A DNA stretch of 64,000 nt from Octopus vulgaris. Taxonomy: Eukaryota. Position 1 is the first letter of the stretch; the number at the start of each line of letters is the position of its first letter. The notes under the pieces are model-generated. The model did no database searches, had not been told where the DNA came from, and saw only the letters and a program-made list of their open reading frames with translations. Of the stretch, positions 1-13,162 are shown piece by piece. Location: NCBI GenBank assembly GCA_951406725.2, contig OX597826.1, forward strand, positions 72,416,001 to 72,480,000, written 5' to 3'. A program made the position numbers and the translations under genes.

Positions 1-422
1 AACATTTGCCTTAGAGTTGTACTCCAGTTGAAATATTATAGAATGTTATTCAAAACTATATCTCTCACTTCATCTCATCTTCCATTAAACATCCCTAACC
101 AGCTTCCACATATCTCTTCTAATACAGTGGAGTGGACAACTAACACTCTTTATTCATCAATAATCTACAAATATTAACACATTTACTAACATAGATACAT
201 ACATTTCATGAATAAATCTTTCTTAATGTTTAAGTTCGTCCATATCAAAACATTTAGAAATCAACCTAGTGTAAGAAAGATAAGACTTCAAATGAATTTA
301 GCAAAACAAATGCTATAATTTCCTGGAATTACTGAGGTTTATGGAATGGTTAGTTCTTGGTGCTGTCAATGTGAAGCAGACATGAGACGAAATGTCATTT
401 GATACAATTTATTTCTATTTAG

Positions 423-504
423 GCCCAAGAAATAAAACCTCGGAAAAGAAAAATGCGAGCGGCCAAAAATCGTCCTGTTATCAGTGATGATGAAGACACA
501 GAAG
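423..504 (+). CDS. Late coding exon of an unidentified + strand gene whose upstream exons lie outside the window: AQEIKPRKRKMRAAKNRPVISDDEDTE(G)
   Basis: Acceptor tttatttctatttag at 421-422, open frame with a basic NLS-like cluster and an acidic SDDED patch, donor G|gtagtg (phase 1). Read-through gives EGSVGVSVSCGEMN* (TGA 543-545). Confidence 0.6.
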
Positions 505-2170
505 GTAGTGTTGGTGTTAGTGTTTCCTGTGGTGAAATGAACTGAAAGTTATTTGTACTCAGGGACAGCCCTGGGACTTGAGGTTAGTACCACTCTTCTC
601 TGGTGCAGACTGAACTGTAAAGAAAGGCATGGTGATTGTTGTTGTAGTGGCTCTCAGTAGAAATTACAAGCTGTTTCTAACTCAAGAAATGGTAGAAATA
701 AGGTTTTCTTGCATAGAATATACAAAGCTGTTGGCAGTATTTGACTGCTACTGATTCCATCAACTGAGAACCCAAAGAGATGCATACTGCTGGATTTTGT
801 CTAATACTCCATCTATAAATATAAAAATAATATTTCCTAACTTAAAGACAAGGCCTCAAAATTTACAGAAGATACTTGATTATATCAACCAAGCAGTTAA
901 CTGATGCTGATTTTATCTAAGCTGGTAGGGTCAAGCCAATGAGGGAGCCTCAGAGTGCATGATCAACCTTTGAGAAATAGCAGCGAATATGCCCTCCAGA
1001 TCACATGCTGTTCTTATTTGGGAAAAGAAAAGAAGCATTGAATAATGTAGGTCCTATTACACACCCCTTAAAAAGCTGAGATGGTCATGGCTGGAATGCC
1101 TTTGATCATAGGTCTGTTCAATCAAGGCCTGAACTAGAGCAAAATGACAACCCTGAAAGCAGCATGAAAGGTAAAAATCAAACCTGTTGGGATTTGAACT
1201 CAACACGCAAAAGGGGTTTACCTAAAAACATACAATGCATTCAGTTTGATGTTCTACTGATTCTGTCAATCTACTGCTCTTCTTTCTCCTCTTCCTCCTC
1301 CTTCTCCTCCTCCTCCTACTGCCACCACCTCTACTACTACTTCTACTACCACTACTAGTCTTACTACTACTAATAATGATCCTTTGTAGAAGAGGCATAA
1401 GACCTGATATTTTGGGGGACAGAGGCTAGTTGGTTTCATTGACCCCCCCTAGGACTTGATTGGTACTATAATTTATTGACTTCGAAAGGATGAAAAGCAA
1501 AGTTGACCTCAACAGTATTTGAACTCAGAATGCAAAGAGCGGCAAGAAATGCGGCTAAGCTATTTGTCCAATATGCTCACTATTCTGCCAGCTTGCTACG
1601 TAAATGATAATAACAATAACAACAATAATAATAATAATATGCATCTACTTAAATATTCTGATGATCAATTTTTAATTGTATTTGTATTTGGTTTTCATTT
1701 CTATGATACTAATTAGTTGAATGTAACGAAGTCACTGATGATAAGCTCAAATTTTTGTAACAACAGTTGTTTTCAGCTTTTGGGAAAGGAAACAAATGTT
1801 TCCCTTGCCAAAAGCCTGTTTAAGTCAATCTAGAATGAACTGGATATAGTTTAGTAGTTAACAATAAAATGGTAATCCTGCATTATAATTAACATTTTAG
1901 CTAATTAAATTGTGGTTTCAGGAATGTAAAATCATTGTAGCTATTTATTTATTAATTAACCAATACTGAGAAAGAATAAAACTTATTTCATTAATAAGAA
2001 TTTAAAAAAATTTAACAAACTGAAAAAAACTCAGGTTTCTTTTTCATTGATAAAAAAAACAAAACAAAATAAAGCGTCAGTTCACTCGCATTTTATCTCA
2101 TTAACAATCATTGATGATTTAATTAACTATTGTTTTATTACTTAACTTACTTTTTGTTTGTTTACTTCAG

Positions 2171-2268
2171 GAACTAATTCAAAAGAAGTGAAGCTGGTCC
2201 AGATATTCCCCCCCAACAAAAACTCAACCCGGATTTCATCTCCGGTGCTTGGTTCCAGGAAAAGATAG
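2171..2268 (+). CDS. Candidate terminal coding exon of the same gene: (G)TNSKEVKLVQIFPPNKNSTRISSPVLGSRKR*
   Basis: Branch-like cttaac at ~2141, strong U-rich tract and cag acceptor at 2168-2170. Phase 1 matches the 504 donor. Stop TAG 2266-2268. Confidence 0.5.
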
Positions 2269-3775
2269 CAAAACTGACAGTGCAGGTCGTCTTCACCCTA
2301 GGTTCTGTTTAATCAATCTTCCTCTACTTCTTCCCTGCATTTTCTCTGCTCCCAACCTCCCCTCTTTACTACCCATTTCTCAGTCCTTTCATTCGCCAAC
2401 CCCTACCGTCTCTCTCTCTCTCCTTACAGCCTGTACAATGATAGGGTCCTGTTTATAAGTGACACTTCATTCCTCTCGGTGCAGTTCAGATTGCTCCAGC
2501 TTGTCAATCGGCAGCGATTACTTTCACTGCTAAACTATCTTTTCTTTTAACGGGGTGTTAATCACTTCCAGTTTATTGATAAAGAGGTTATGTTCACAGA
2601 CATTGCTACCCTCTTATCTACTATGAAGACATTTCCTTCCCTTAAACTAGTTTTGAGGGGCTGTTGAGGATATGATTTACAAAGAAGACAACAACTATGA
2701 ACGTTAAACGTTAAACTTACTTGACATAATTTCTAACAATAGGTTCACAATAAAAAAAAAAAAACCTTCAATTTCACAGATTTTTTTCTCAATCTTTTTT
2801 TTTTTATCTATTCCATTTCATGCAAATAAATGTTTTTCTTTTTTTTATTTTTTTTCCCCTTCTTGTTTTCTGTTTTTTGTTTTTCTTTACCCAAATTGAA
2901 TTTCCATTTGCTTGTCTGGGCAATGTGATTTTTTTCACAGTATTAATTTACATTGGCATTTGAGAAAAAAAAAATCAATATAGCACTTGTCTAATGCTGT
3001 CTTGGATACTTCTCCAAAGAATTATTTATTTTATCAGTCCTCAAGCAACCCTTGCTGCAAGTGTGCAAGGAATCCTTTATTTTTTTTTCTCTTGGATTAA
3101 GAGACCATTCTAGATAGTCCTCTTGCCAAGCTCCTATCAGAAATGTCTGTTTAGCTGCTGTTTGATATCTGCCAATGCTGAAGATCTTCCCTCCATGTTT
3201 TTGAAAGTTTCCAGAAGTTAACAAGAAAATAATCTGAAAAGAAGAAAAAAAAGTCAGTCAAATGTCTGTTAATAAACTGTTTGACAAGTAACTTTTATGA
3301 AAACATTCCTACATAAAATATTGTATGCATGGTGTGTTGTGAGTGTACAGGTTGTTGAGACTGTTTTGGACATGAAACCCAAAGCTTTGATGTAATAAGT
3401 AGTCGGCTGCTATTACTATCTGAATTATAAAATAAAAACTGCATTGGCAAATTGAAATTGGCTCTGAGGAACTGTAATCATTTCCCTTGTCCTCCAAGGC
3501 CACGTTAAGCTTTGTGTGAACCATTTCTGGATGTCTAATTCCATATTTGTGTTGTTTTAAAAATGCCTTTAAATTATCATTTTGCCTGTTATTTTTTTTT
3601 TCTTTTATAATGCTTGAGACTCATGGCCTGAGAGAAGGCAGCTGTGTTGGAGTGGTCATCTTGAAGAAAAATAAGTTCTCAGTGTTGGCATGAAAGGGGG
3701 CAAATAGGTTTAATTTCTCTCACTCTCTTTTTTTTTTTTTTTCTTCATATATATATATACATATATATATGTATG

Positions 3776-3807
<32 letters not shown>

Positions 3808-5502
3808 ATGAAGTTCTTTCTTGTGATTTTGCTTTCAATTGTAAAGAAAACTTCAGGAGGTGAGGACTTCATTATATTGTTTCTTACAAGTGTTATGTAA
3901 ATATTGTTTTCATATGAATGGCATAGCTACATTCACCGAGGATGAGTTTCTGAAACACTAACACCAAGCAGGCACATTAATACACACACACACACACACA
4001 CACAAAATAATTTACGTAAGTTATTTTAACCAATCTAGTTTTTGGCTTTACAAGGAGTTACACGCTGTCAGTTATTTTGCAAATAAAAGTAGATAAACTT
4101 TCAAAATGGTTGGGAAATAAAAAAAAAAAAAGACAAAATGCAGTGAAGAAACATTTTGGATATATTTACATCCCCTCTCCCCCCCACCTTCCCTACCCTC
4201 CTCTTATTGTTTTATTTTAAAGATGGTTTATTTATTTCATTTCATATTGCTATCACATCACATCAGAACTGAGCTACTTGTCTAACATATCCTCCATTCA
4301 AGAACTTTTCACTTAATCACCGCTGTATCAAATTTTAGAATATTTCATCTCTGTGCATGTGTATATATATATATGTGTGTGTGTTTGTGTACATATATAT
4401 ACATACATACATATATATACATATATATATGTGTATATATGTACACATACACCAACACATATTCACAGGCACTCGTGTGTATGTGCGTGGGCATAAATCA
4501 ATTCAAGGAGAGATTGTTTGAAAATTATTTGTATCTAACTTTTTTTATATCATGGAAGTTCTAAGTTTTCCAAGACTATTTCAGGAGTATTTTAAATGTT
4601 CTCCCAGAATTTCTTTGTCTAGCAACGTGTATCATACGCCAGCTTATTACAACTGATCTCAGGAATATGGCTATGAATTATAGTGTATCTCTTCGTGCAT
4701 ATATTTTAGTGTATTGGGCTTTTATATATATATATATATAATATGATATAATATACATGCACTCGTACACATACACACACACACATATGCATAAACATTT
4801 TCTTTACCTCTCAAGAATCTTGAAATGTATAGAATTTTAATAAAAATCTGAAATATGAAAATGTCATTATCCCATAGACATCCATCAAACAAAAATATCT
4901 TTTGTTTTTTTTTTTATTATTGTATTTCTTTCTAGATGACCCTAACCCTTCCCTGTCTTTTTTGTTATTTTTCTCCTTTTTTTTTTTTTTTCCTGCTTTC
5001 TCCTTAAAATTACATTTGTGTTTTCTGAGAAGACAAAAAAAAAAAATAATAAAAAATAAAAAAACAGAGACTGACCAATCTCCTTCCTTCCAGTTAATAC
5101 CTCTCTACAATCATTCTGAACTGACCAACCTATTGCATTGTCAACTGCTGTTACCATGAACCCCAAATACACAGAAGATCCTTAACCTCTGCTCTCTCTT
5201 GGTCTGCTAAACCTGGCACCATATATATATATATAATACATATATTTATATAAATGTCTCTTTAGTTGTCCCTCCAACACTATTTACATTTATATTGGGT
5301 GTTCTTATTTATTGAGTTTTTTTTTTGTAATCTTTACAGAAGAAAGGGATAGAAGACTTTATTTTACTTAGGTGAGACCTGATATTCTCAATTTATAATA
5401 GTATATAATATGTATGTGTATAATATATATATATATATAAACATATATAATATATAGAAATGTATGTATATATGTGTGTATATATGTATATATATATGTA
5501 AT

Positions 5503-5548
<46 letters not shown>

Positions 5549-6380
5549 ATATTATATGTATGTATATATGTGTATGTATATATATATGTATGTATATATG
5601 TGTGTGTATATATATGTATAATTTTTTTTTAAGGCTTGGTTCTTCTTTATCCCATATTCTCACTGCTGTAACACTTGTACTTTGCATGATACTAATGTAA
5701 GCATCCGGTAACCTTTTTACTATTACTACAAGTACTATTACTCTACTACTACAACTGCTATTGCTAATAAGACTACAACCCCCTGATTAAAAGCTGGACA
5801 TTGTGTACAAGCCATTTCTCATCCTCAATAAGATTTCATCCCACATGACCAGACAATTCTCATCTCTCTACTACTACTACTACTACTTCTACTACAACAA
5901 CTACTACTACTACCACCACCACTACCACTTACTAAGTGCCATTTTAAGTACCGGCATCAAAAGTTGCCATTTATCACCACCAACACCAACACCACCACTA
6001 CATGTGCTTGTCAAGAAGTTTTAGATTTCGTCAAGCATATCTATATATATATTCCATCATATGTATACAATATGTATATATACATATGTACATGAGTATG
6101 AGTGTGTGTATATATGTATGTGTGTGCATCATGTCTCTATATATATATGTATATGTATATAAATTGTCATATGTATATGTGTGTATATATATATATGTAT
6201 GTATATATGTGTGTATATATATATATGGTGCATGTGAATGTTTGCGAGAGAGTGTATGTTGATATCATTGTTTGCGTAGATAGTCTCAGCAAAGTGTTCA
6301 ATCCACAGGCCTTTGCTGAACTGGGTCATTTGGTTGTCAAAACAAATGGAAGTCAATAAAATGTTTATCCTTTTCTGCTT
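2269..6380 (+). other. Probable long 3' UTR of the + strand gene, with polyA signal AATAAA at 6355-6360
   Basis: About 4 kb with no recognisable SINE/LINE copy in an otherwise TE-saturated window. It ends in AATAAA followed by U/GU-rich sequence, and TEs resume at ~6535. Confidence 0.4.
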
Positions 6381-6534
6381 ATTTTGTTTTTTCTTATTGC
6401 AACCTGATGTTATATTTGTGTGTCAGTGTGTCCATCCAGTGAGGTTCTGATCAGCAGGTATCTTTTTTATGTCCTTCCACATGTGTTATCTCTTAAGTTA
6501 TTGTTGTCTGTGCTAACCTTGGATTGGTAGAGTG

Positions 6535-7018
6535 ACCCTGCTGTTCTTGAGGAGACCTATTGAGTCAAGTACATGAACACCAACATCAAAATAGAAATCA
6601 AATGGAAATTGTAGTTAAGATGCCCGTGCCGGTGGCACGTAAAAGCATCAACTGATTGTGGCCGTTTGCCAGCATCCTCTGGCTCTTGTGCCGGTGGCAT
6701 GTAAAAAGCACTGTCCAAATGTGACTGATGCCAGCGCCGCCTGACTGGCGTCCGTGTCGGTGGCACATAACAGCACCAACTGATCGTGGCTGTTTGCAGC
6801 CTGCTCTGGCCCCTGTGCCGGTGGCACGTAAAAAGTACCCACTGCACTCACAGAGTGGTTGGCATTAGGAAGGGCATCCAGCTGTAGAAACACTGCCTGA
6901 TCAGACTGGAGCCTGGTGCAGCCTTCTGGCTTCCCAGGCCCCGGTCGAAACATCCAACCCATGCTAGCATGGAAAACGGATGTTAAACGATGATGATGAT
7001 GATGATGATGATGATGAT
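6535..7018 (+). mobile_element. Family T tail
   Basis: Four GTGCCGGTGGCAC units, conserved 3' block, (gat)n. Confidence 0.85.
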
Positions 7019-7209
7019 CTACATAGAAACTCAAGGACCTGTGTGTTGAGTTCAATGGCAAACAAATTGGTTGAGACAGATTCATGAAATGTATTGCAAC
7101 CCCACATCTTTCTTAAGTTTCTGGAGCTTGAACATCTGCCCCTTCACACTTCTGTTGATCCATGCTCTTCTTTTTTTTTTTTTTCGCATGGGATTTGTCT
7201 ATTACAACT

Positions 7210-7430
7210 TACGAGAGTGTGCTAAAAAATTCCTGGCTTTAAGGGTATTGCAAAAGGCCTGGCTGGAGACCCATCCTCCCAAGTTCTTCTACAGGGCTTA
7301 GAAAAACTGAAGGACTGCTACAATAAATGTGTGGATCGTAGAGGGGAATATGTTGAATAAAATCATAATTAATTGATCCTCTGGTATTTTCTTCTACCCA
7401 AGGCCAAGAACTTTTCAGCACCCCATCGTA
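7210..7430 (+). mobile_element. Mariner-derived MITE retaining the transposase 3' end
   Basis: TIR tacgagagtgtgctaaaaaattcctggc / gccaagaacttttcagcaccccatcgta, TA ends, internal GLEKLKDCYNKCVDRRGEYVE*. Confidence 0.8.
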
Positions 7431-7890
7431 CATTTAATAACTTGCACTCCATCAGTTACGTTGGTGAATGTTCCAGTTGATTTGGTCAATGGAACAGCCT
7501 GTCCGTGAAATTAACATCATGTAAGTGGCAGAGCACTCCACAGACACGCGTACCCTTACATTGTTCTCAGGGAGATTCAGGGAGACACAGAAGTGATAAT
7601 GTTGGCCCTTTGAAATATAGGTACTACTTGTTTTTGCCAGCTGAGTAGACTGGAGCAACCTGAAATAAAGTGTCTTGCTCAAGGATACAACATGCCACCA
7701 GGAATTGAACTCCTGACCTTATGATTGTGAGTGGAATGCTCTAACCACTAAGCCACTTACCTTCCCTGCAAGCTATATATATAACTCTATTCTGTACAAC
7801 AAAATACCCTGTTCTAGGTATGTCTGCCACTTGCATTAATGAACCACAGCTTCTTCCATTCCGCCACCAAGTTGTGTATTTTAACCCAAA

Positions 7891-8132
7891 GGTGCCGGTA
7901 GCATGTGTAAAAAGATTCAAGCGAGGTCGTTGCCAGTAGCGCCTGACTGGCACGTAAAAAGCACCCACTACACTCTCGGCGTGGTTGGCATTAGGAAGGG
8001 CATCCAGCTGTAGAAACTCTGCCAGATCAAGATTGGAGCCTGGTGCAGCCATCTGGTTCGCCAGCCCTCAGTCAAAATCGTCCAACCCATGCTAGCATGG
8101 AAAGCAGACATTGAACGATGATGATGATGATG
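7891..8132 (+). mobile_element. Family T tail (short)
   Basis: Same units, 3' block and (gat)n. Confidence 0.8.
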
Positions 8133-8237
8133 AGTGGATGTTGCTTAAGCTTGTTTGACCACATCCCTACCTATTGCTATCAGACATGAGAAGCAAATGT
8201 CTCTGTTTCTTAGAGCTGTAACTGACTGGTTGATTTC

Positions 8238-8798
8238 TACGAGGGCGATTCAAAAAGTAATGCCATTTTGTTTAGGACAGATATAATTACCAATACTGGA
8301 ATATGTATCATACATCAAAATGAAGCTGGTCCTCTGTGGATCACATCCCTACTTCTCAACATAGACACTGTTTCTCTCAGTAGCAATGTTCCACCTTCAA
8401 ATGAGAGCATGTATCCCTGGCCCATAAAATTCTATTGACTGTTTTTTGAGCCAATTCTTCACTACAGTTTTCACTTTGTCGTCACTGGAATAATGTTTGC
8501 CTCTCAAACCCTCTTTCATGGGGCCAAAGAGATGATAGTCTGAAGGCGCTAAATCTGGTGAGTGTGGAGGTAGTGAAGAAGTGACTCAAAGAACAGTCAA
8601 CAAAATCTTACGGGGCTGGGATACATGCTCTCCTTCAAAGGTGGAACATTGCTATTGAGAGAAACAGTGACTATGTTGAGAAGTAGGGATGTGATCCACA
8701 GAGGACCAACTTCATTTTGATGCATGATACATGTTCCTGTGTTGGTAATTATATCTCTCCTAAACAAAATGGCATTACTTTGTGACTCACCCTTGTAC
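8238..8798. mobile_element. Mariner-derived MITE built from two inverted transposase 3' ends
   Basis: tacgagggcgattcaaaaagtaatgcc / ggcattactttgtgactcacccttgta. Arms of ~190 bp encode YGAGIHALLQRWNIAIERNSDYVEK*. Confidence 0.82.
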
Positions 8799-8855
8799 CT
8801 CCCCTGCAGAGACCCCTTTTCATTAATCTAGTCCAAGAAAGGTAACAGAGATACA

Positions 8856-9227
8856 CTAGCAGTATTGCCCGGCATTGCTCGGGTTTGTTTCGACCCTTTA
8901 GAATTGGAATTTTTGAAAAGTAAAAATTTTGCTTTATGTAGCTTGTTATTCTCTTTAAGTGAACATTTTTCTGGTTGAAATACACCGAAAAATGGTGACA
9001 GTAAAAAGTAGGGATTTTCATAGAAAAAGCACCTTTTTAATGTAAATAATTTTTGGTCTTAACATGGTCTGATTTGAATTTTATCTTCTACGGAATGAAG
9101 AGCAAGCCTTCTTCTATCATACTCTCAATTTTGGTTAACTTGCACCGCAGTGTCTCGGAGGAGATAGTGTTAGTTGAAGGCTACCAAACCTACCATACAC
9201 AGACAACTTCAGCTTTATATATATAGA
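8856..9227 (-). mobile_element. Non-autonomous Helitron
   Basis: On -: A|TC start, 3' hairpin cccgagcaatgccggg, CTAG|T end. Same family as 19311-19700. Confidence 0.8.
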
Positions 9228-9564
9228 TAAGGCTCTTGTAACTTGTAAGACCATTGATAGTTTCATTTGCCTCCTGATCAATTAATCTACTGTCATCATG
9301 GCTGTTACCTCTCAAAAGACATCCACAGCTATTTAATGATATCATTTCATCATGGGACTTATTTTCTATTGCAATTGATGAACAATAACATCATTGATTA
9401 TAGGTTTAAAACAAGCTAATCATTGACACAATGTATTTCTGGTAACGTTTGAGAAAAGAGTGTTTAACTCATTACACATCAAATATGTCTCAAGGGACTT
9501 TGTAAAACACTGGTGGTTCAGTTTCCTCATGTTTGTATTTCAATAAATATTGATGAACAACATG

Positions 9565-10052
9565 TACGAGGGAGTGCTGAAAAGTTCCTGGTTTTAAAGG
9601 TATCGTGAAAGGCTTGGTTGGAGGTCCAACCTGATGAGTTCTTTTACAGGGCTTAGAAAAACTGAAGGACCACTGTAATAAGCATGTGAATCTGAGAGTA
9701 TGTTGTTTGTTCCTTCTCGAGCCATGCCTGGCTCATAAGGGCTGGTTTCCTTGGCGTATAGGTTCCCCACCTGGACAGGACACCGGTCGCAGATGAGCTG
9801 CAAGATGCAGGAGGAAAGAGTGAGCAGAAGTTCACCATTACCTTCTGCTGGAGCCGTGTGGAGCTTAGGTGTTTCACTCATAAACACACACATCGCCTGA
9901 TCTGAGATTCAAACCCGTGATCCCTTGACTGCGAGTCCGCTGCTCTAACCACTAGGCCATGTGCCTCCTCAGAGTATGTTGAATAAAATCATAATTCACT
10001 GATCCACTAGTTTTCTTATACCCAAAACCAGGAACGTTTCAGTGCCTGCTCA
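9565..10052 (+). mobile_element. Second copy of the 7210 mariner MITE, interrupted by a SINE
   Basis: tacgagggagtgctgaaaagttcctgg start, same body as 7210-7430, split at duplicated AGAGTATGTTG. Confidence 0.8.
9706..9970 (-). mobile_element. tRNA-headed SINE (family C) with 11-bp TSD
   Basis: On -: ggaggcacatggcctagtggttagagcagcggactc...gggtttgaatc (A and B boxes). TSD at 9695-9705 and 9971-9981. Confidence 0.8.
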
Positions 10053-10999
10053 TATATGGTAAGGAGTTTGGTTCTAGGTTCAATCCTGCTGTGTAGCACC
10101 TTGGGGAAATATTTTCTACTTAGCCTCAGGCTGACCAATACTCATCACATATGTATGTGTGTATTTAGGTTATGATTGCCACCCCTGCTTGAAACATGTT
10201 GGTTGGTTTGTGTCCCTCATAACGTAGCTATTCAGCAAAACAAACCAATAGAATAAATCCTGGAGTTGATTTTGTTCAACTAAGAACCCTTCAAGACAGA
10301 GCCCCAGCATGACTGAAGTGAGTAAAAGCTAAAAGATATACACACGGACATACATGTACATGTGGCAGGCTTCTCTACAGTTTCTGTTTACTGAATTCCA
10401 TTTAACTAAATATTGGTTAGTCTTGGAGAAGAGACTTGTTTAATGTGTCCCATAGTAGAACCAAACACAAAACCATGTGACTGTAGAATGAACTTCACCA
10501 CGCAGCAGTGTCTGTGTCTTTAAAGCAACATTGGATTTCTATTCTGACCTCAACCATAAAAACAATAAAATGTTTCCAAGTCCTGGAAAGGATAAAGTTT
10601 AAGACAACTACAGAAATTGAACTTCATCAGTTTGTGAAGGTGCATCGCTCAATGGTTACAGCATCAGGCCCACAATTATGAGGTAGTGAGTTTGATTCCT
10701 GGACCAGACTTTGTATTGTGTTCTTGAGCAAGACACTTTATTTCACGTTGCTCCAGTTCACTCTGCTGTAGAAATGAGTTGCGATGTCACAGGTGCCAAG
10801 TGGTATCGGCCATTGCCTTTCCCTTGGATGACATCTGTGGTGTGGAGAGAGGAGGCTGCTATGCATGGGCAACCGCTGGTCTTCCATAAACAACTTTGCC
10901 TGGACTTGTGCCTTGGAGAGGAACCTCCTTGGTGCAATCCCATGGTTATTCATGACCAAAGGGTCTTTTGTCAGTGTTAACTTGTATCCAAGTTGTAGA

Positions 11000-11470
11000 T
11001 CTGTTGCAAGTGATGGCCACTCTTCATCTTGATTGGTGCAAAGGGAGCCAGTGGCTGTTCAGTCCAAGGGTGGTATAGAAGAGCTGGAGGCATTTATTGC
11101 AGGGGTCAGTTGGTGGGAGACAAGGAAGTGCAAGTGACACTTTGCATCTTTGACGTTTGACTTCAGCCTCTTGAAAGCTGTTACTCTCCACCCGGTCTGT
11201 TCTTGTAACGATGACATGTCACTTTGGATTGTACTTGGCGATTGTCCTCCAGGCATTTGGGTCAATGGGGCAGCAAGTCTCAGAAGTGGAATTTGGGGGT
11301 TCCATGTGATCTGATACCTGAGGCCAATTCCACAAAGAGGAATTGCCATGAGAGGCTTGTTTAAGGTATACGTATGATGTGCCCCAACCAGTGGGGACAG
11401 CCCAGAGCAGAACCTCTTCATTGGTTATGTAGTCTTTCCACTGAATCCTCATGATTGCTCAAAGTTTGTG
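11000..11470 (-). mobile_element. RTE-clade LINE 3' fragment (decayed)
   Basis: MRIQWKDYITNEEVL followed by frameshifted RTE C-terminal-like sequence. Confidence 0.65.
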
Positions 11471-11640
11471 CCAGCACCTATAGTTGTGCTTCTTTGTTGA
11501 ACAGACCCGCTTAATCTGTCTTCTATGTAACAAGATTTAGGTAAGATTTTAATCCAGAACTAAGTGACTAAAATTATCAACATTCAACCACTGCCAATCC
11601 TGATGGATTAAGTCTAGCCACAATGTTCACTCTTTTACAT

Positions 11641-12117
11641 TAACCCTTTCATTACCAACCCGGCTGAAACCAGCTCTGGCTCTGTCATACAAATGTCTTG
11701 TTTTCATAAATTTTGAATTAAAATCTTCCACCAAACTTTAGTCACAATTTATGTACCTAACACTAGCTGATTGATAACTAAGTTATTTTACTAAATTCTT
11801 TATTATATTTAAAATTAATTAAAAGAAACACAGGGCATGTCAACAGAAATATGGTAACAAAAGGGTGAAAATATCTAATAGAGAAACCATTCTTAATCCT
11901 TTTGATACCAACTTGGCTGAAACTGCCTCTGGCTCTGTAGTATAAATGTCTTATTTTCATAAATTTTGAATTAAAATCTTCCACCAAACCTTAATCACGA
12001 TTTATGTCCCTAACATTAGCTAATAACTAAGTTATTTTACTAAATTCTTTGTTATATTTAAAGTAATCGAAAGAAACACTGAACAGCTAAAAATAAATAC
12101 AGTAACAAAAGGGTTAA
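11641..12117 (+). mobile_element. Two tandem piggyBac-type MITE copies (11641-11868 and 11893-12117)
   Basis: TTAA-CCCTTT ... AAAGGG-TTAA termini. The two ~225-bp bodies are near-duplicates. Confidence 0.7.
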
Positions 12118-12242
12118 CCAGTTTCCAATATGGGTGTAGCCACACTCATATGTCTGCTATCTCTCTTGACTACTGAAGAGTAATGACATTTCTGCCCTGC
12201 CATTATGATGTTGATGTGGGAGTATCTATAGCAGTATACCTA

Positions 12243-12473
12243 TTTCTTTACTACCCACAAGGGGCTAAACACAGAGGGGACAAACAAGGACAGACACACG
12301 GATTAAGTCGATCATATCGACCCCAGTGCGTAACTGGTACTTATTTAATCGACCCCGAAAGGATGAACGGCAAAGTTGACCTTGGCAGAAATTGAACTCA
12401 GAACGTAGCGGCAGACAAAATACCACTCAGCATTTCGCCCGGCCTGCTAACGGTTCTGCCAGCTCGCCGCCTT
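12243..12473 (-). mobile_element. tRNA-headed SINE family A (core GCCTTTCATCCTTTCGGGGTCGAT). Other copies: ~1378-1598(-), 18412-18619(-), 19726-19940(+), 30440-30655(+), 33572-33793(-), 60810-61022(-)
   Basis: Head GGCGGCGAGCTGGCAGAA...GAGTTCAA (pol III boxes), many dispersed copies. Confidence 0.85.
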
Positions 12474-12805
12474 AGCAGTAGACCTACCCTACATTAATGG
12501 TGAAGTAAGAGTAGCAACAGTTCCATATCTGATCCACATTATACCCTGCCACCCCAGATTCTCTGACTCAAACTTCCCTGTTTTAAAGCGATCCAAATTA
12601 AAATCTTCCATCGAAATTTTTGGTGAATTCTTGTTCAAAACACAAGCTCGATAAGGACAAGTTATTTCACTAAATTCCTCATTATTTTCAAAATAAATTG
12701 AAACAAAGGCAATGCATTTCAGTAGAATATGGTAACAAAAGAATGAACTACATGCAAGAGCGGCAGGGAAGAGTAATGTCCCCTTGTTCAAAATATATGG
12801 TCAGA

Positions 12806-13112
12806 TTTCGTTTTGGGATTTGGTTTGCAAGATTCTTTATATGAGTTCGTGTGTTGAAGCATATTCTGTTGTGTCTGGGGAGAGTCATTTTCTTTTTGTA
12901 CCTTATAACACACTCACTGGTAAAATTTCCACTTTTTTTTTCTTATTTTTATTTTCTAAAAGTTTCGTTGCGTCTTGCAACCTTTTCAATAGTCTTGACT
13001 CTGTCCGTTATTTACACTGCAACGGACAGAGTCAAAACTACTGAAAAGGTTGCAAGATGCAACGAAAATTTTAGGAAAATAAAAAATAAGAAAAAAAAAG
13101 TGGAAATTTTAC
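12806..13112. mobile_element. Palindromic foldback element, family P2, copy 1
   Basis: 12920-13009 is the reverse complement of 13021-13112. Same family as 34139-34452. Confidence 0.8.
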
Positions 13113-13130
13113 TTTGTTATATATGTGTAT

Positions 13131-13161
<31 letters not shown>

Positions 13162-13162
<1 letters not shown>

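Noticed and set aside
6648-7085. Recurring ORFs with FLQLDALPNANH...VGAFYVPP
   Set aside because: Antisense translation of the family T repeat tail, found in many dispersed copies.
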